In this document: positions 61,208 through 64,000 of the stretch, piece by piece
How the letters are laid out: each line of letters starts with the position of its first letter
Numbering within the stretch: the stretch's first letter is position 1
NCBI GenBank assembly: GCA_035308565.1
Contig: DATGGK010000269.1
Coordinates: 23,656-87,655 of the forward strand
Reading direction: 5' to 3'
Length of the DNA: 64,000 bases
Source of the DNA: Planctomycetota bacterium
Lineage (GTDB): Bacteria; Planctomycetota; SZUA-567; H5-PLA8
Position numbers and translations under genes: made by a program
The notes under the pieces: model-generated
Databases searched by the model: none
The model's input: only the letters and a program-made list of their open reading frames with translations
Told to the model about the DNA's origin: nothing

Positions 61208-61292
61208 AATCGTCTAAATCCTTAGTTGTGTCGATGGGTCCTATAGGCCATATAGGCCGCATAGGCCCTATAAACGGATTGCAACAACGCCG

Positions 61293-63266
61293 TTAGTTTG
61301 CCAGAAACAGCACGTGATTTCCATTCTCACAATGCTTGATGCTCAGCGAATAAGCATTGAAATAATTTTCGTCGGGCTGCCCATGCTGCTGCGGATCGCA
61401 ATTCATTCCCGTGCCGATCGTGTACACGCGCGGCGGCGACGAATCGTATTGAACGAAGCGCCCTTTCTTATTCGGATCCGGCGGAATCTCAGTCAGAAAA
61501 AGCGGAATGCAATCTTTGAGCGCGCTGGGCCACGCGCCGTAATGCCGCTGGTAGCGTTTGATGGCGATGGCGGCTTCGAGCAGGCGAAGGGATTCAAGAG
61601 CGTTAAGGTTTGCGGTCGCGGTGCCGACGCAAAGGTCGTTCCACGTTAGAGATCCCATCGGCCTGCGAGCGGACACACGGCGCGTGATATCCCTGACTTC
61701 ATCTTGGTCCATGTGTTGCCGCGTCATTAATTTAAGCGAGGCCATGAATGACTCCTCGTCGATCTGTCGGTGCCAGTCGATCAGCGCCAACTCCTTAAGC
61801 ATACGCGATACACTCGCTTTTCCAGGAAACTCATTTGCCAAACGCGCGCGGTCCATTCCCCCGTAATGCGACACAAATGTAAAATAAACAGCACGCCCGC
61901 AGTATTCACCGCGCGCATCCAAATGTTCCGCAAGTGCTTTCTGAAAATCGACCAAGGCGGTATCCGGAGGCTGCGCGCCCGGTTTGAATAGTGCCGCGGC
62001 CAGGACCTCCGTGGATCGGATTTCAACATCAAGCGCCATCCCGCTGCCGTCAACCATTGGGAGCGCACCAAGATGTCGCGCGTAGCGCAAACACGCACTG
62101 AAATTTTTCGTTGAGGTTTGCCAGTCCTCCTTGTCCGCCGCCTGACGCAGTTCAAGCAGGGCCAAACCGGATAGCTCGCCCATTGAGGTCATAAGCGCCA
62201 CGGGAACTTCAAGCTTTCTGGTGTCGGCGCTCCAATCGATGCCGTAGTCGATGCCCCTCACTGCCGCCGCCTGCCGCAGATACGACAGCGCGGTCAAATT
62301 ACGCGCGATTTCAGTACGCGCCTCTTGCGTATTCCAACTCGCGCGCGCCCAGTGCCAATTAATGGGCGCAAGACTCGCGCGCGAGAGCTTGTAGATCGTC
62401 TCCGCATTCTCCTTCGGCGCCAGCGCCGGTGGCTGCATCGCCGCAATCTCCGCCGCGCGCGCTTCGGCGTTGTGTTTCACCTGCGCGGCGAAGGCGTCGT
62501 CCTGCACGCGCGCCGCCATGAAAAAATAGGCGTAGAAACTCAGCGCTCCCGCAAGCGCAAAGCCGGCCGACGTCATGTACGCGCGCGCTTTCACGCGCCC
62601 TTCCGGGCTGCGCTGCCAATTGGTGTATTTGTTTTTCTCGAAAAGCACCAACCGCACCGCGAAGCGGCCCACCGCGATGGCAACACACAGAATCAAAGCG
62701 GCCATCGGCGCGGAGGCGCTATCGTTGAGGATAAAAATATCGACCGCCGATAAAATCCCCGCCCACCACGCCAGCGGCGACATCCAATACAACGCAAACA
62801 GCCAGAGGCGCGGCGTCGCGCCAAGCTTCTCCGAGCGCGCCGCCAACCAGCCCGGCATGCGCGATGCCGCATCCAGCAGCACCGCGCCGCGCACCAGCAT
62901 CACCACAATCAGCGCAAACGCCAGAAGCAGTGCGTTGATTCCAACGCTCGCGCCTTCCGCGCGCCCGCCCGGATGCAGCCAGTTAAAAATCTGCGTCGCC
63001 ATCGCCATCCCGACGGCGTGAATCCCGAACATCAGCAGCCACGCGTTCAGCCCGATGCGGTGCCGCCAAAATACGCGCGCGCTCAATATTGCCGCGCCAA
63101 AAACTCCCGCGATGAGCCCCGCCAAAATCAGCCATTGCGGCGTGGTGGACGCGCCGCTGGCGAGCAGATTTCCTGCAACGACCAGCACAAATCCGATCAG
63201 CACAAATGAACTGAAAAGCGCGTCGAGTTTTGTTTCGCGGACGACGTTCATAGGCGTAAATATCAT
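61293..63266 (-). CDS. Hypothetical large membrane protein: N-terminal polytopic domain plus a C-terminal soluble domain
   Basis: 657 aa with at least 8 TM segments in the first 250 aa. No family recognised. Confidence 0.5.
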   Translation of the reverse strand: MIFTPMNVVRETKLDALFSSFVLIGFVLVVAGNLLASGASTTPQWLILAGLIAGVFGAAILSARVFWRHRIGLNAWLLMFGIHAVGMAMATQIFNWLHPGGRAEGASVGINALLLAFALIVVMLVRGAVLLDAASRMPGWLAARSEKLGATPRLWLFALYWMSPLAWWAGILSAVDIFILNDSASAPMAALILCVAIAVGRFAVRLVLFEKNKYTNWQRSPEGRVKARAYMTSAGFALAGALSFYAYFFMAARVQDDAFAAQVKHNAEARAAEIAAMQPPALAPKENAETIYKLSRASLAPINWHWARASWNTQEARTEIARNLTALSYLRQAAAVRGIDYGIDWSADTRKLEVPVALMTSMGELSGLALLELRQAADKEDWQTSTKNFSACLRYARHLGALPMVDGSGMALDVEIRSTEVLAAALFKPGAQPPDTALVDFQKALAEHLDARGEYCGRAVYFTFVSHYGGMDRARLANEFPGKASVSRMLKELALIDWHRQIDEESFMASLKLMTRQHMDQDEVRDITRRVSARRPMGSLTWNDLCVGTATANLNALESLRLLEAAIAIKRYQRHYGAWPSALKDCIPLFLTEIPPDPNKKGRFVQYDSSPPRVYTIGTGMNCDPQQHGQPDENYFNAYSLSIKHCENGNHVLFLAN

Positions 63267-63338
63267 TTCAAATCACCGCAATCGCGAGTTTCTTTCGCAA
63301 ATAATCTCCTTTGTGAGACTGTGCTGAACTGTACGTTC

Positions 63339-63530
63339 CTACTTGCGATCTTTGCGCGCGCGCTCGTCCGCCTCGGGCGGCTTTGTCGCGCCTTTGCGTT
63401 TAAGCACCGCCTGTCGAAGCAGAAACTCGATCTGCCCATTGACACTGCGCAATTCGTCCTGCGCCCAAGCCTCCAAATCGGCCCACAGCGCCGGATCGAT
63501 GCGCAGCAAAAAACTCTTTCGCTCAGTCAT
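63339..63530 (-). CDS. Small ribbon-helix-helix (Arc/MetJ-like) DNA-binding protein
   Basis: 63 aa; KSFLLRIDPALWADLEAWAQDELRSVNGQIEFLLRQAV fits the RHH beta-alpha-alpha pattern. Confidence 0.45.
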   Translation of the reverse strand: MTERKSFLLRIDPALWADLEAWAQDELRSVNGQIEFLLRQAVLKRKGATKPPEADERARKDRK

Positions 63531-63535
63531 GGCAA

Positions 63536-64000
63536 TTAATTGTAAAGAGTTCCGGTGTTGATCACGGGATGAATTTCCGACTCGCCGCAGAGCACCACCA
63601 TCAGATTGCTGACCATCGCGGCTTTGCGTTCGTCGTCGAGCGCGACGACCTGTTTTTCGGCGAGTTCTTTGAGCGCCATGTCCACCATGCTCACCGCGCC
63701 GTGCACGATCTTCTGCCGCGCGGCGATCACCGCTTCGGCCTGCTGACGGCGCAGCATCGCCTGCGCGATTTCCGGCGCGTACGCCAGATGCGTCAAGCGC
63801 GCTTCGTCCACAACCACGCCCGATTTTTCGAGCCGCTGCTGCAGTTCCGCGCGCAGCGCCTGCGAGACTTCGTCGAAGCCGCTGCGCAGCGTGATCTCGT
63901 TCTCCTCGCCGTGGTCGTACGCATACGTGCTGGCCAGATGGCGCAGCGCCGATTCGCTCTGCGTGCGCACGTAGCTCTCATAATCGTCCACGTCGAAGAC
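63536..64000 (-). CDS. SPFH/band-7 (stomatin/HflC-like) protein, C-terminal part; the N-terminus lies beyond the window end
   Basis: The frame is open to position 64000. [35 protein letters not shown] is the SPFH C-terminal helical region. Confidence 0.55.
   Translation of the reverse strand, partial: VFDVDDYESYVRTQSESALRHLASTYAYDHGEENEITLRSGFDEVSQALRAELQQRLEKSGVVVDEARLTHLAYAPEIAQAMLRRQQAEAVIAARQKIVHGAVSMVDMALKELAEKQVVALDDERKAAMVSNLMVVLCGESEIHPVINTGTLYN

Overview
High-GC (about 60%) bacterial chromosome segment, core genome with several accessory insertions. Likely lineage is the PVC superphylum: there is a truncated 'autotransporter-associated beta-strand' type N-terminus, many secreted glycoside hydrolases, and TTG/GTG starts are frequent. 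This lineage call is low confidence. Recognisable core genes: rpoB and rpoC, transcribed on the minus strand and separated by an unusually long repeat-filled spacer; phosphoglucomutase; a 3026-aa cyclic beta-1,2-glucan synthase (NdvB/ChvB/Cgs type); a GH3 beta-glucosidase with a PA14 insert; a roughly 1300-aa GH2-like hydrolase; lysA-like decarboxylase, queF, ribE, gmhB; a rhomboid protease, a LysM protein, an SDR oxidoreductase, and DUF488, DUF3309 and DUF4126 proteins; one tRNA-Thr(CGU) next to a tyrosine-integrase relic; and the C-terminal end of a type I restriction R subunit at the window start. Accessory or unusual content: (1) a low-GC two-gene module encoding an ABC-type AAA_21-like ATPase plus a small Toprim-like partner, inserted between the glucan-synthase region and rpoC; this is a candidate anti-phage (OLD/AbiL/PARIS-class) system. 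(2) A RelE/ParE-Phd/YefM pair embedded in an operon of secreted proteins that includes two tandem paralogous Cys-motif lipoproteins. (3) A degenerate, probably inactive UppS homologue. (4) An RpoC with an N-terminal Arg/Asp-repeat extension. (5) Several families of short intergenic repeats: a conserved promoter-like motif (GGGTTTCACCCCATAGATATG followed 16 nt later by a -10-like box) upstream of pgm, the glucan synthase, DUF3309 and small hydrophilic proteins, which may mark a stress regulon; a REP-like CCTATAGGCCCTATAGG family confined to the second half of the window; a cluster of five consecutive perfect hairpins; and inverted-repeat terminators built from short direct repeats. No rRNA genes or CRISPR arrays were found. 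All domain calls are from reading the translations by eye; no database search was possible.
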